A stretch of 59,799 bases of DNA. It comes from an uncultured Lentisphaerales bacterium (GTDB taxonomy: Bacteria; Verrucomicrobiota; Kiritimatiellia; RFP12; UBA3636). The notes under the pieces were generated by a model. It was not told the DNA's origin. It saw nothing but the letters and a program-made list of their open reading frames with translations, and made no database searches. This document shows positions 1 to 10,528 of the stretch, piece by piece. Made by a program: the position numbers and the translations under genes. Where the stretch lies: the NCBI GenBank assembly GCA_964553035.1, contig CAZKJH010000002.1, positions 1,193-60,991 of the forward strand. The letters are read 5' to 3'. Position 1 is the stretch's first letter. Each line of letters starts with the position of its first letter.

Positions 1-95
1 GTGCTATTTATGGGCTTATTGACTCGCAATTAGAATCCAATAGCCTTATATTAAGGTTGTGAATTCCGTTTGTTTTGTCACTTCGGTTTTTTATT

Positions 96-2756
96 ATGAA
101 CAAAGACCCCTATCAGATTAAGACGACATTAAGCTCCAATGGTGAATTCCATACTTATTGGAGCCTAGAGAAACTTGAATCATCTGGCCTCCCGGTTAAG
201 CACCTGCCCTTTTCAATCAGAATTTTACTGGAAAATGCTTTAAGAAATTTTGACGATTTCGCTATTACCCGAGATCATTTAAAAACGCTTCTGGGGTGGA
301 CTCCAACACCCGTGGACAAGGATATTCCTTATAAGCCTGCACGTGTGTTGATGCAGGATTTTACAGGAGTGCCAGCGGTTGTCGATATTGCTTCGTTACG
401 ATCTGAGGCGAACCGAAAGGGTAAGGATGCCAGCAAAATCAATCCGTTGATTCCCGTTGACTTAATCATCGATCACTCGGTTCAAGTCGATTATTTTGGG
501 ACGAATTATAGTTACCAAAAGAATGTCGAAAAAGAATACGAACGGAACTCCGAACGCTATACATTTTTGAAATGGGCTCAAAAAACGTTCGCTAATTTTT
601 CGCTTGTCCCTCCAGGAATGGGAATCTGTCATCAGGTCAATCTCGAGTATCTCGCTCAGGGAGTCATCAAACGAGATGGGAATGTCTTCCCCGATACTTT
701 GGTTGGGACAGACTCCCATACGCCTATGGTCAATGGTATCGGCGTGATAGGCTGGGGAGTAGGCGGTATTGAGGCTGAGGCGGCGATTTTGGGTCAACCC
801 ATTTATTTCATTGTTCCAGAAGTCGTAGGATTGAAATTAACGGGCGAATTGCCTGCGGGAACGACTGCAACCGATATGGTGTTGACGATCACAGCACTCC
901 TTCGTCAGCATGGTGTGGTAGGCAAGTTTGTAGAAGTCTATGGTCAAGGGCTAACGAGTCTTTCCGTTCCAGATCGTGCGACAATTGCCAATATGTCTCC
1001 AGAGTTTGGGTGCACCGTCACTTATTTCCCAATCGACGACCGGACGCTGGACTATATGCGCGAAACCAATCGCTCTACCGAGCAAATCCAGTTGGTGGAG
1101 GATTACTGCAAAGCCAACATGCTTTGGAGAGAAGGCGAAGATCTAATTCACTATAGTTCTGTTGTTGAGCTGGATTTAGGGACTATAGAAGCGACTGTGT
1201 CTGGCCCTAAAAAACCTCAGGATAAAATTTTGGTCAGCGCTTTTAAATCTAAATTCGCAACGGTGCTGGAAGACTTCCACCGGGATGGTTTGCAAACCGT
1301 TTCCGTCGAATTACACAATGAAAAATTTGACCTGCATGATGGATCCATTGTGATTGCAGCAATCACGTCCTGTACGAACACCTCCAATCCATCCGTCATG
1401 CTGGGAGCTGGTTTAGTGGCAAGAAAAGCCCGAGAGCTTGGACTGAATGTTAAGCCCTGGGTCAAAACCTCTTTGGCACCAGGGTCAAAAGTAGTCACGG
1501 ATTACTTGGAGAAAGCAGATTTATTGAAAGACTTGGAGGCCTTAAAATTTCATACCGTAGGATACGGCTGTACTTCCTGTATAGGAAACTCGGGGCCGTT
1601 GCCACAGCATATCGCAAAAGCAGTAGAAGACAATGATCTGGTTGTTGCCTCGGTGCTTTCGGGCAATAGAAATTTCGAAGCTCGAGTCCATCCACAGGTG
1701 AAAATGAATTACCTGATGTCTCCCTTGTTAGTCGTGGTCTATGCGATTGCTGGAAGGGTTGATATCGATTTATACAAGGAACCGGTTGGATATGACCCCA
1801 ATCTAGAGCCCGTCTTTCTTAAGGATATTTGGCCGACGCGCGAAGAGATTGAAGCGATTTCTAAAGAGGTTCTTTCTCCAGATGATTACCAAAAGAGTTA
1901 CGGAACGATCTTCGAAGGGAATGCGTTCTGGAAAGAGCTTAAATCGAGTGAAGGAGAAGTTTATCCGTGGGATGAGAGCAGCACCTATATCAATGAAGCT
2001 CCCTTCTTCAAAGGCATTTCGACTGAAGTTCCAGAAGCAAAGAACATTGTGAATGCCAGGGTTTTATTGAAACTGGGTGATTCGATTACGACCGACCATA
2101 TTTCTCCAGCAGGCTCATTCGGATCTAGCTCACCTGCAGGTATTTACTTGAAGGGACGGGGTGTAGAGCAGTCAGATTTCAACTCATACGGCTCGAGAAG
2201 AGGCAATGACGAAGTGATGGTGCGAGGGACCTTTGCAAATGTACGAATCAAGAACGAATTGAGTAATCGAGAAGGAGGCTTCACGACCTATATCCCTACA
2301 GGAGAAGCGATGAGCGTTTTTGACGCTTCTGAGAAATATAGGGTAACGCATACCCCCCTGATTGTATTGGCGGGTAAAGAATACGGATCAGGATCTTCCA
2401 GAGACTGGGCTGCTAAAGGAGCCAATTTGCTCGGGGTCAAGGCAGTGATTGCTGAAAGTTACGAACGTATTCACAGAAGTAATCTTGTCGGAATGGGTGT
2501 GCTACCCCTTCAGTATTCCGCTGGCGAAAACGCCCACAACTTAAAACTTACTGGAAAAGAGGAATACACCATTCTAGGATTAGAAGCAGGCTTAACTCCT
2601 CATCAAGAGTTTCAGATTAAAATTAAAACTGATTCTGGAGAAGCGCGAATCATCATCATACTTTCCCGACTCGATTCTGAAATAGAAATCGCGTACTTTA
2701 AGCATGGGGGAATTTTGAACTATGTGCTGAGAAATTTTTTGAAGATCGAAAATTGA
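96..2756 (+). CDS. acnA: Aconitate hydratase A
   Basis: Motifs RVLMQDFTGVP, DHSVQVD, GTDSHT, AITSCTNTSNP, GYGCTSCIGNSG, TTDHISPAG, YGSGSSRDWAAKG. Start moved to ATG at 96. Confidence 0.97.
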   Translation: MNKDPYQIKTTLSSNGEFHTYWSLEKLESSGLPVKHLPFSIRILLENALRNFDDFAITRDHLKTLLGWTPTPVDKDIPYKPARVLMQDFTGVPAVVDIASLRSEANRKGKDASKINPLIPVDLIIDHSVQVDYFGTNYSYQKNVEKEYERNSERYTFLKWAQKTFANFSLVPPGMGICHQVNLEYLAQGVIKRDGNVFPDTLVGTDSHTPMVNGIGVIGWGVGGIEAEAAILGQPIYFIVPEVVGLKLTGELPAGTTATDMVLTITALLRQHGVVGKFVEVYGQGLTSLSVPDRATIANMSPEFGCTVTYFPIDDRTLDYMRETNRSTEQIQLVEDYCKANMLWREGEDLIHYSSVVELDLGTIEATVSGPKKPQDKILVSAFKSKFATVLEDFHRDGLQTVSVELHNEKFDLHDGSIVIAAITSCTNTSNPSVMLGAGLVARKARELGLNVKPWVKTSLAPGSKVVTDYLEKADLLKDLEALKFHTVGYGCTSCIGNSGPLPQHIAKAVEDNDLVVASVLSGNRNFEARVHPQVKMNYLMSPLLVVVYAIAGRVDIDLYKEPVGYDPNLEPVFLKDIWPTREEIEAISKEVLSPDDYQKSYGTIFEGNAFWKELKSSEGEVYPWDESSTYINEAPFFKGISTEVPEAKNIVNARVLLKLGDSITTDHISPAGSFGSSSPAGIYLKGRGVEQSDFNSYGSRRGNDEVMVRGTFANVRIKNELSNREGGFTTYIPTGEAMSVFDASEKYRVTHTPLIVLAGKEYGSGSSRDWAAKGANLLGVKAVIAESYERIHRSNLVGMGVLPLQYSAGENAHNLKLTGKEEYTILGLEAGLTPHQEFQIKIKTDSGEARIIIILSRLDSEIEIAYFKHGGILNYVLRNFLKIEN

Positions 2757-2874
2757 ATCTTACTGAACATGTAGAATCCCGACACGTAGCCCTCTGGAAA
2801 TGTCAACACGTTACCCGTTTTCGACGCGCATTAAAAAACAAATTCGTCCGAACCGCTATCCGTGAGGCAAATCC

Positions 2875-2903
2875 TTTACAGAAATATCATTTTAGGCTAC
2901 TAT
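2875..2903 (+). promoter_or_regulatory. sigma70-like promoter for the TPR-protein operon
   Basis: TTTACA-17 bp-TACTAT, upstream of a GGAGG RBS and ATG 2931. Confidence 0.5.
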
Positions 2904-2930
2904 TTGTTATTCGAACTGTATGGAGGTCTA

Positions 2931-5900
2931 ATGACATTAAAAAATAGCACAGCCGCTTTATCCGACGCTAACTCAGAAATACCCCTTGTAGTTGATCAGG
3001 AAACGTTGGAAATTGAAGTGACCTCAAGGTGGGACTGGATTATAGCTGGGATTATCTCCTCCGTCATGTTTGGACTCTATTTTCTGACCGCTTCGCGGTG
3101 GGCCTTCCCGGGAGAATCGTCTGGCCTTCTTGCCATTCTTACGGGAGCCAGAGTGAACGTCATGTCGGATAATTTCTTGTGGCAGAAAATTTTGGGAACT
3201 GTCACGTCGCTCGCAGGGCCTCACCATGCCGTTGAAGCAGCCACGGTGACCTGTATGCTCTTCTCTGCCATTTCCTTAGGGCTAACCTATTTAGTCTCCA
3301 CTGCCGTCTTCGAAATTCTTATCGACAAGAAGCTTATCGACCCAAAATCCAGAGCTCGGAAATTCCATGCTGATTTCGCCGCCAGGCTCGGTGGTATGGT
3401 CACCACACTGACCCTTGCGTTCAGTGCACCATTCTGGGTGGCCGCATCGCGCGTAAACTTCTATTCCATCTATCTACTCTGGATGCTCGCAGCCGCTTAC
3501 TTGATGCTAAGGTTCATGGCTGATGGCCGTTCGGGATATCTCTATGCCTTCTGTTTTTTGTACGGAATGGGCATGAGCCAGTCTTCTGTCATGATCCAAT
3601 TCTCTCCTGTTTTTGTGCTCATGGCAATTATGGGAATGATACGCTTCGGCAAGTATAACTATGTGACTGGGAGCTTAGCCTTAGTCATTCTCGGCATAGG
3701 ACTGATTCTCATGCTAATGCTATCCGTCAATTCCTTTGTCAATACCCCAGGATATGTACTACAGGAATATTGGGGGAAATCGCTTGTTGCGGAGACCCTG
3801 ATCCGCAGTCTCTTTAGTAAAGTCTTTAACGGTCTCCCCCGAAATGGATGGCTCATCATTGTAGGGCTCGTAATCCTCCCTTGGATTGCTTTTTTAATCA
3901 TAGCGGCCAGAACACTTAATGGCGAACATGGTCCTGCGATTACAGGCTTGAATCTCGCAATTCTCATTGTAACGCTTACAGTCGTCCTTGATTCCCGTGT
4001 CTCCCCTTGGGAGTTTTTCGGTTTTTCTGCGGAACAAATCGTCACCTACACGATGACGTCCATGACATTTGGCTATTGCATAACGGTAGCTTATATGCGC
4101 ACGATCAATTTGCTCTCATCGGAGGTAGAATCGAAGGTTGCCCAGATCGGTGCACGCATACTCAGAATTGCCATTCTTTCATTCGTCACCGTCATACTAA
4201 TCATTGAGATCTCATCAAGCTACGTCCATGCTGAAACGCGGAACACAACGTTTATTTCCACGTACGTAGATCGCCTGATCGACAATCTCGACGGACGCAA
4301 CTGGATTGTGACGGATGGCGTATTTGATGACATGATTTTACTCCGCGGAATCGAACGCGGCCTTACGCTGAACCTCCTCGATATCGGCTCGACAGGGAAT
4401 AGGGTCTACACGAAACAGCTCAAAGAAAAGCTCACTTCTGCACGGCTGAAGAACTCGTTAGACATCGGCGTTTTTACATTTCTGCAAGAATGGATTGCCT
4501 CTGATCCGGACGTATCAAAGAAATTGGTGCTCTGTCTTTTTCCCGATCTCTGGAGTCTCGGTGATTTTCGGATTTACCCACGTGGACTCGCGTTCTTCGG
4601 TGGGAACGAGACAGAGCCTGGTTTCGATGGGCAACTTGTAACCCAGGAAAACATCAACAGCTACTTTCAACTCATGAAAGAACTCGACGCAGAACTTTCA
4701 GGCGTGTCAGATCGCTCATCGCGCTACATTCTCGCGCTAGCACAATCCGTGAGACGGCGCGTGAGCTTCATCGGGAACAACCTAGGCTACTTCATCGAAA
4801 CACGCGGTCAGGCACGAGAGGCGATGGACATCTATCAGCGGGTTCACACCTTCGACTCTGGCAATGTCAGCGCCATGCTCAACTATGCCTCCTTGCTTGA
4901 ACGATTTGGTACAGAAGAGCAGAAACAGGCCATCAAGAGCGAGATTGCCGAATTCAAGAAAAAGCAAACGAAGCCACTCCAGATTTGGGAACTCTCTCGG
5001 ACCCAAGGCTACGTCAATTCACCAGAGGCATTCTCCTATCTCGGCTGGACGTGGGCTATGTCCGGACAAAGCACCCTCGCCATCAAGACGCTAGGCATGG
5101 CCATCGGGAACGATTATGATAAAGGTGTCTTCGGTATGATGATGACTCTGGCCGACATCCATTCCAGACGCGGCGACACCGAAGAGACCGAAAGGATATT
5201 TGAGGCGATGCTCAAGGAAGATCCTAAAGATCTGAAGTCGCTCCTTTCACTAGCTCAAATTAAAATGTTTCAAGGAAAGACGGATGAAGCAAGTGCCTTA
5301 CTTGAAAAGGCCAGGGCCACAGGCGCTCCGAAAGCCAGAATCCTACGCGAAGAAGCCTCTCTAAAACTCTCGATGGGAGATTTTGAAGGAGCGGAAACTG
5401 CGCTGAAAGAAATTTTAGCGGCGACCCCGAAGGATGCCGATGCTCGCCTCAGTCTCTACATGACATACGCGAAGGAATTCACTAAAGCCACAGAAGATGA
5501 AACGCGGAATGATATTCGTCCGAAAATGCTTCAACAAATTGATGAACTTTTCAGAATTCCAGAGGCGCGCTACTTCCAGGGCTCCATCGCACGCGGTCAC
5601 ATGAGTCTTCTCGAAAACAAGCCCGAAAGCGCACGCGATGACTTTTTAATCGCCAATAAAACCATGTCCGGAATCGTCCCTATTCTCGAACTGATTCTCC
5701 GTCTCGACTACAGTCTGAAAGATCCGGGGGCCGCAAAACAGCATGCCATGGAAATCTTGCAAATCGATGTCAATCACCCGTTTGCGAACTATATCATGGG
5801 TTCGATAGCCTTGTCGCATAGCGAATTTGAATCGGCCGAAGCCTACCTGCAACGTAGCATTGAAGTCGATCCAAACGTCCTCACCACTGGCGATCTAGCT

Positions 5901-6263
5901 TACGTGAAGTTTAAGCTCGACGACATTGAGCGCGCTTCCCAGCTCGTCACGCAAGCACTCGATCGATCCAAGGATCTCTACGAAGTCTGGGATACGTATG
6001 GACAAATCCTCCTGCAACAGGGAAAACTCGATGAGGCTGAAACCGCGTTCCGAACCGCACTAAAGCTGAATGTGCAAAACCCGATCGTGCATCTGCACCT
6101 TGCCCGTGTACTTTTCACTCAAGGACGCAAACAGGATAGCCGAAATATCCTCGAGGGAATTCAGCCCTTTGAAAGTTCGCTCTACGGTGAAGAAAAACGC
6201 TACTATAATACATTGTGGCTGGATGTCTTTGGCATTGAAAAAAAGAAAGCGACTCAAAATTAG
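2931..6263 (+). CDS. Multi-pass membrane protein (DUF2723/TMEM260-like GT-C fold) with C-terminal TPR array
   Basis: About 11-12 hydrophobic segments in the N-terminal half, with LAFSAPFW and YLYAFCFLYGMG segments resembling DUF2723. Many TPR-like repeats follow (e.g. WDTYGQILLQQGKLDEAETAFRTALKLN). GGAGG RBS before ATG 2931. Confidence 0.7.
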   Translation: MTLKNSTAALSDANSEIPLVVDQETLEIEVTSRWDWIIAGIISSVMFGLYFLTASRWAFPGESSGLLAILTGARVNVMSDNFLWQKILGTVTSLAGPHHAVEAATVTCMLFSAISLGLTYLVSTAVFEILIDKKLIDPKSRARKFHADFAARLGGMVTTLTLAFSAPFWVAASRVNFYSIYLLWMLAAAYLMLRFMADGRSGYLYAFCFLYGMGMSQSSVMIQFSPVFVLMAIMGMIRFGKYNYVTGSLALVILGIGLILMLMLSVNSFVNTPGYVLQEYWGKSLVAETLIRSLFSKVFNGLPRNGWLIIVGLVILPWIAFLIIAARTLNGEHGPAITGLNLAILIVTLTVVLDSRVSPWEFFGFSAEQIVTYTMTSMTFGYCITVAYMRTINLLSSEVESKVAQIGARILRIAILSFVTVILIIEISSSYVHAETRNTTFISTYVDRLIDNLDGRNWIVTDGVFDDMILLRGIERGLTLNLLDIGSTGNRVYTKQLKEKLTSARLKNSLDIGVFTFLQEWIASDPDVSKKLVLCLFPDLWSLGDFRIYPRGLAFFGGNETEPGFDGQLVTQENINSYFQLMKELDAELSGVSDRSSRYILALAQSVRRRVSFIGNNLGYFIETRGQAREAMDIYQRVHTFDSGNVSAMLNYASLLERFGTEEQKQAIKSEIAEFKKKQTKPLQIWELSRTQGYVNSPEAFSYLGWTWAMSGQSTLAIKTLGMAIGNDYDKGVFGMMMTLADIHSRRGDTEETERIFEAMLKEDPKDLKSLLSLAQIKMFQGKTDEASALLEKARATGAPKARILREEASLKLSMGDFEGAETALKEILAATPKDADARLSLYMTYAKEFTKATEDETRNDIRPKMLQQIDELFRIPEARYFQGSIARGHMSLLENKPESARDDFLIANKTMSGIVPILELILRLDYSLKDPGAAKQHAMEILQIDVNHPFANYIMGSIALSHSEFESAEAYLQRSIEVDPNVLTTGDLAYVKFKLDDIERASQLVTQALDRSKDLYEVWDTYGQILLQQGKLDEAETAFRTALKLNVQNPIVHLHLARVLFTQGRKQDSRNILEGIQPFESSLYGEEKRYYNTLWLDVFGIEKKKATQN

Positions 6264-6264
6264 A

Positions 6265-7281
6265 ATGGAAAACAGCACCGATAATACGACAACACAGCCC
6301 AGACGAAAAGGAAGAGGACTCAGCCTCAACTCGGGCGGCTTGGATAGTCAACTCGCCATCTGCGTTTTGAAGGAACAAGGTGTCGAAATAGAAGCCGTGG
6401 CGTTCTCTTCTCCCTTCTTCTCCCCAGACAATTCCATCAAAGCTTCAAAAGCTATCGGCGTCAAAGTTCACGTCATCGACTTTACCAGCGATATCGTAAC
6501 CCTTCTCAAATGCCCTGCACACGGTTTTGGCTCCTGCATGAACCCTTGCATCGACTGCCATGCCACCATGATACGCAGGGCAGCACTGTTGATGGATGAA
6601 CTGGGATTCGACTTTGTCTGTACCGGAGAAGTACTAGGACAGCGCCCTATGTCGCAGCAGCGGAGAAGCCTCGATATCGTGAGAACAACCTCCGGCATCG
6701 GAGACCGCCTTCTCCGTCCCCTAAGTGCCTTGCTCTTGCCTGAAACGGAGCCCGAACGGCTGGGTCTTGTAGATCGTTCTAAACTTCTAGGCCTTTCTGG
6801 AAGAAACCGCAAACCCCAGATCGCACTCGCCAAAAAATATGGCTTGATAGACTATCCCACACCTTCAGGCGGATGCAAGCTTACTGAACCCAATTTCACA
6901 AGTAGACTTAAAAACCTTAAAGATCACGAAGGCATCGATGATGCACGACTGCTCAATCTTCTCTCCAATGGCCGCCACTTCCGCCTGCCCAGCGGGACTC
7001 TAGTAATCGTCGGCAGAGACAAGGCCGATAACGCCATCATCCGAAACGGTATGCGAGGAGGCGATGTCATGATGCGCTCCGTTAACGTTCCAGGACCAAC
7101 AGTACTCGCGATCCAACCGAAAGCGGAAGATCTCGAGCTCATCCGAAAAATCGGCGCCGCATTCTCTGACCACAAAGAAATCGAAACCGTGACTATTAGC
7201 GAAATGCACACGGCTTCGAAACCTGTTGAGTTTTCTATCCTCGCAACGAATCGCGATGCCTTCACGGAGATGATGATTTGA
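6265..7281 (+). CDS. ThiI/MnmA-like PP-loop tRNA thiouridylase with C-terminal NFACT-R/DUF814-like domain
   Basis: SGGLDS PP-loop, CMNPCIDC, TGEVLGQRPMSQ, LLRPLSA, PSGGC, GRHFRL. Start ATG 6265 follows the upstream stop. Confidence 0.85.
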   Translation: MENSTDNTTTQPRRKGRGLSLNSGGLDSQLAICVLKEQGVEIEAVAFSSPFFSPDNSIKASKAIGVKVHVIDFTSDIVTLLKCPAHGFGSCMNPCIDCHATMIRRAALLMDELGFDFVCTGEVLGQRPMSQQRRSLDIVRTTSGIGDRLLRPLSALLLPETEPERLGLVDRSKLLGLSGRNRKPQIALAKKYGLIDYPTPSGGCKLTEPNFTSRLKNLKDHEGIDDARLLNLLSNGRHFRLPSGTLVIVGRDKADNAIIRNGMRGGDVMMRSVNVPGPTVLAIQPKAEDLELIRKIGAAFSDHKEIETVTISEMHTASKPVEFSILATNRDAFTEMMI

Positions 7282-8354
7282 TGAGCGAACAGACAACGAA
7301 AGCCGATCATCATAACGATCCCCTACCCCGTGTCAGCTTTCTCATTCCCACGCTCAATGCCGAGCAGACGTTGGAATCGTGTCTTGCCGCCATTCGAACA
7401 CAGAACTATCCACGTGACCTCCTCGAAATCGTTATCGCTGATGCCTGCTCAACCGATTCTACGCTCAAGATTGCCAGAAAATTTGATGTCACCAAAGTAG
7501 TGTCGAACCCGTTAAAAACGGGTGAAGCGGGAAAAGCTGCGGCGGCCAAGGCTGCGACGGGCGAGCTTTTTGCACTCATTGATAGCGACAATATCTTGCC
7601 CGACGCGAATTGGCTGAAGCAGATGGTTGCACCGTTTTCAGACCCTACCGTTTTTGCTTCTGAACCTCTTGAATATACTCGACGCGACGAAGACCCCGAA
7701 CTGACACGCTATTTCGCCATGCTGGGCATGAATGATCCACTTTGTCTTTTCATCGGCAACTATGATCGAACGAGCTGCATTACCGGCCGCTGGACTAACC
7801 TCAACATGGAAACCTCAGATTGCGGCGACTGGCTTAAGGTTTGCATCCGTGCCGACAAACAGATTCCGACAATCGGTGCGAATGGATTCATTATCCGCAA
7901 AACGGCCCTAAAGGGCATCAACTGGGCACCCTACTGGTTCGATGTCGATATCGTCCGCGATGTCGCCCTTGCCGCCACGTCAGGGCTTGCACACATCGCC
8001 AAGGTTAAATGCGGCATCGTACATCTCTACTGTCGAACACTCGATGCGTTCGGGAGAAAACAAGAGCGACGCGTGCGAGACTTCCTCTACTTCTCCTCTA
8101 CACGAACCCGTAAATCTATACCGGGGGAGAAGAACCGAATTTTAAAAGGAATCCTGGTATTTTCACTGAGCACAATTTTCGGTTTCCCACTCATTCTGCA
8201 ACGCAAACAGGGCATGAGAGTCCAACCCGACAGCGCCTGGAGGATGCATGGTCCCGTCTGTCGCATTACCTTACGGAAATACGCCGTTGGCGTGATCCGA
8301 AAACTCCTTGGATTTAAGCAACAACCAGCCTCTCGAGAAAACTGGAAACAGTAG
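7281..8354 (+). CDS. Glycosyltransferase family 2
   Basis: VSFLIPTLNAE...DACSTDST...ALIDSDN (DxD) GT-A motifs; TGATG coupling to the upstream gene. Confidence 0.9.
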   Translation: MSEQTTKADHHNDPLPRVSFLIPTLNAEQTLESCLAAIRTQNYPRDLLEIVIADACSTDSTLKIARKFDVTKVVSNPLKTGEAGKAAAAKAATGELFALIDSDNILPDANWLKQMVAPFSDPTVFASEPLEYTRRDEDPELTRYFAMLGMNDPLCLFIGNYDRTSCITGRWTNLNMETSDCGDWLKVCIRADKQIPTIGANGFIIRKTALKGINWAPYWFDVDIVRDVALAATSGLAHIAKVKCGIVHLYCRTLDAFGRKQERRVRDFLYFSSTRTRKSIPGEKNRILKGILVFSLSTIFGFPLILQRKQGMRVQPDSAWRMHGPVCRITLRKYAVGVIRKLLGFKQQPASRENWKQ

Positions 8355-8428
8355 GTAAGCTCACCGCGCGGCTGCGCCGCGAAAAAAGGTTGAGGTTAAA
8401 TCGATTCAATGCTGTTAAATTCTGAATT

Positions 8429-9679
8429 TTACAGCTTCGGCAGCTTCCTGCTGAACACGAGCGCTCCGACGATACACAGGCTGCCGCCGATAGCGACGGT
8501 CAGCGCGGGACCAATCTGGCTGGCGAGAACGCCAGCAACAAGATTGCCGATCGGCACCATGCCCATGAAGGACAGCGAATAAAAACTCATCACGCGACCG
8601 CGCTTGTCGTCATCGACAAGCGTCTGTAGCAGAGTATTGCTGGAGGCCAGAACCAGCATCTGCGACATGCCCAGAAGCGGTGTGATCATAAGCGAAACCG
8701 TAAGTGAGCGACTGAGCGAGAAGGCAATCAGCCCACATCCCAGCACCGCCGGAGCAATAGCGATGATCCGGTCAAAACCTAGGACGTTCGATCGACTGGC
8801 TAGGTACAGAGCCCCCATCAAAGCCCCCACCCCTGCGCCGGTGACCAGCAGCCCGTACGTCTTCGGCCCACCAGCAAGCAGATGACTCGCAAACACCGGC
8901 AGGAGCGAAGCGTATGGAATACCCACCAAGCTTACCAAGGCTATGATCAGGAGTATCCTCCGGATTGATGGAACGCCCACCGCATAGCGGATCCCGTCAA
9001 CCAAATGTCGCAGCATGGGCTTACGCTCCAACGAAATCTGCCGCGGTTTGATGTGCATGGCCAGCAGGGCGATAAGCACAGCGAGGTAGCTCACTCCGTT
9101 CATCAAGAAACAAAACCCTGCACCGAACAGCGCCGTCAAGACACCGCCCAGTGCCGGGCCGATCATCCGTCCGCCATTCACAACCAGACTGTTCAGCGCG
9201 ATCGCGTTGTTTAGATCTTCAGGCCGATCAACCATCTGAATGACGAATGACTGCCGCGTCGGCACGTCTACCGCATTGACCGCTCCTAGCCAGACAGATA
9301 GCGCGATAATATGCCAGATCTCGATCTTCCCGCTCAACGTCAGTGCCGCTAGGACGAAAGCCTGTAGCATTGACAGAAACTGCGTCACAACAACCATTCG
9401 ATGCCGGTTCCATCGATCCGCCAAAACGCCTGCTAGCGGGGTCAGCACCAGTGCCGGAATCTGACTGGAAAACCCGACCACACCCAGCCATAATGCCGCA
9501 GTTCGCACGTCTGGAAACCGTGTGCTCACGAGCCACAACATCGCTGTTCGTTGCATCCAAGTACCGATCAACGAAATGCCCTGCCCTGCAAAGAACAATC
9601 GAAAATTGTGGGACTGCAGTGCTCGGGTCATGTTTAACCGACGCAATCCTCTCACCTGACCGGCTGCATCAACATGCAT
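8429..9679 (-). CDS. MFS transporter (MFS_3/DUF894 type)
   Basis: NFRLFFAGQGISLIGTWMQ, GVLADRWNR (motif A), RGRVMS; about 12 TM segments. True start could be ATG 9631. Confidence 0.9.
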   Translation of the reverse strand: MHVDAAGQVRGLRRLNMTRALQSHNFRLFFAGQGISLIGTWMQRTAMLWLVSTRFPDVRTAALWLGVVGFSSQIPALVLTPLAGVLADRWNRHRMVVVTQFLSMLQAFVLAALTLSGKIEIWHIIALSVWLGAVNAVDVPTRQSFVIQMVDRPEDLNNAIALNSLVVNGGRMIGPALGGVLTALFGAGFCFLMNGVSYLAVLIALLAMHIKPRQISLERKPMLRHLVDGIRYAVGVPSIRRILLIIALVSLVGIPYASLLPVFASHLLAGGPKTYGLLVTGAGVGALMGALYLASRSNVLGFDRIIAIAPAVLGCGLIAFSLSRSLTVSLMITPLLGMSQMLVLASSNTLLQTLVDDDKRGRVMSFYSLSFMGMVPIGNLVAGVLASQIGPALTVAIGGSLCIVGALVFSRKLPKL

Positions 9680-9703
9680 GAAAAGAGGTCTTCCTCGAAA
9701 TCA

Positions 9704-10528
9704 TCATGGTGCCAAAAGCGTTTTGCTTCGAATATAATCTTGCACGGAGAGATTCTGGCTACGGGCAGCCTCCGCTAGCTCCATGTATTCATTCTGAGAA
9801 AAAGAAACTGTCTGAGGAACTGCTCCGGGAATCGAATCCCAGGCAAGGACGATCTCGGCAAGTTTCGCCTCTTCCACACCGAAAGCGCGTAAAACGCCCG
9901 CGGCCATCATCTTGTTTCCGCCAAACGCCATGTGAACGCCATCCGTCGTAATCTTCTCTCCCGTAGTTTTGGATTTTTCCACGGCTTCCTGCATCGACCT
10001 ATTCAAATCGGCCAAGAGGCAGCTTTTTTCTTTTGCAAGTACTCGCAGATAGTCGTTGTAAGCAATTAGTTTCTGATTTTCCTCTCCCTGCTGGTCTTCA
10101 CGGATCATCGTCGACGTAAGGAGCATGACCTTGACACCTGCTTCTTGTGCACTCCGTACGATTTCCGAAATATTTGTCTTGTAGGCTTCCAGTTGGATTC
10201 CTCTCTCACCGTGCCAGACGTCGTTAACACCGCACGACAGGAGCATCCACTGAGGATTCTTAGCGAGCACATCTTTTTCTACACGCGCCAACATCTGATC
10301 TGACTTGTGCCCTGAGATGCCAGCAGGAATAATCGAAATGATCACACCGTCTGCTTTGAGCCCATTCGCAACTAAATGAAGATAACCTCCAGGAGCATTG
10401 TTGCCCTGTTGAGTAATGGAATCACCGAGGAATGCAACGCTGTCACCAGTTTTAATTTGAAGATCCCCATAGGAAGTAAACGCAAGCAACGCGAGAGCGA
10501 TGGATAGAATGTGAATACGTGATTTCAT
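9704..10528 (-). CDS. Secreted SGNH/GDSL hydrolase
   Basis: Signal peptide; FLGDSIT, AGISG, GVNDV, DGVH blocks. Confidence 0.92.
   Translation of the reverse strand: MKSRIHILSIALALLAFTSYGDLQIKTGDSVAFLGDSITQQGNNAPGGYLHLVANGLKADGVIISIIPAGISGHKSDQMLARVEKDVLAKNPQWMLLSCGVNDVWHGERGIQLEAYKTNISEIVRSAQEAGVKVMLLTSTMIREDQQGEENQKLIAYNDYLRVLAKEKSCLLADLNRSMQEAVEKSKTTGEKITTDGVHMAFGGNKMMAAGVLRAFGVEEAKLAEIVLAWDSIPGAVPQTVSFSQNEYMELAEAARSQNLSVQDYIRSKTLLAP

Noticed and set aside
8367-8387. CGCGGC-TGC-GCCGCG hairpin plus A6 between convergent genes, as an intrinsic terminator
   Set aside because: The loop is only 3 nt, and no U tract follows the stem on either strand.
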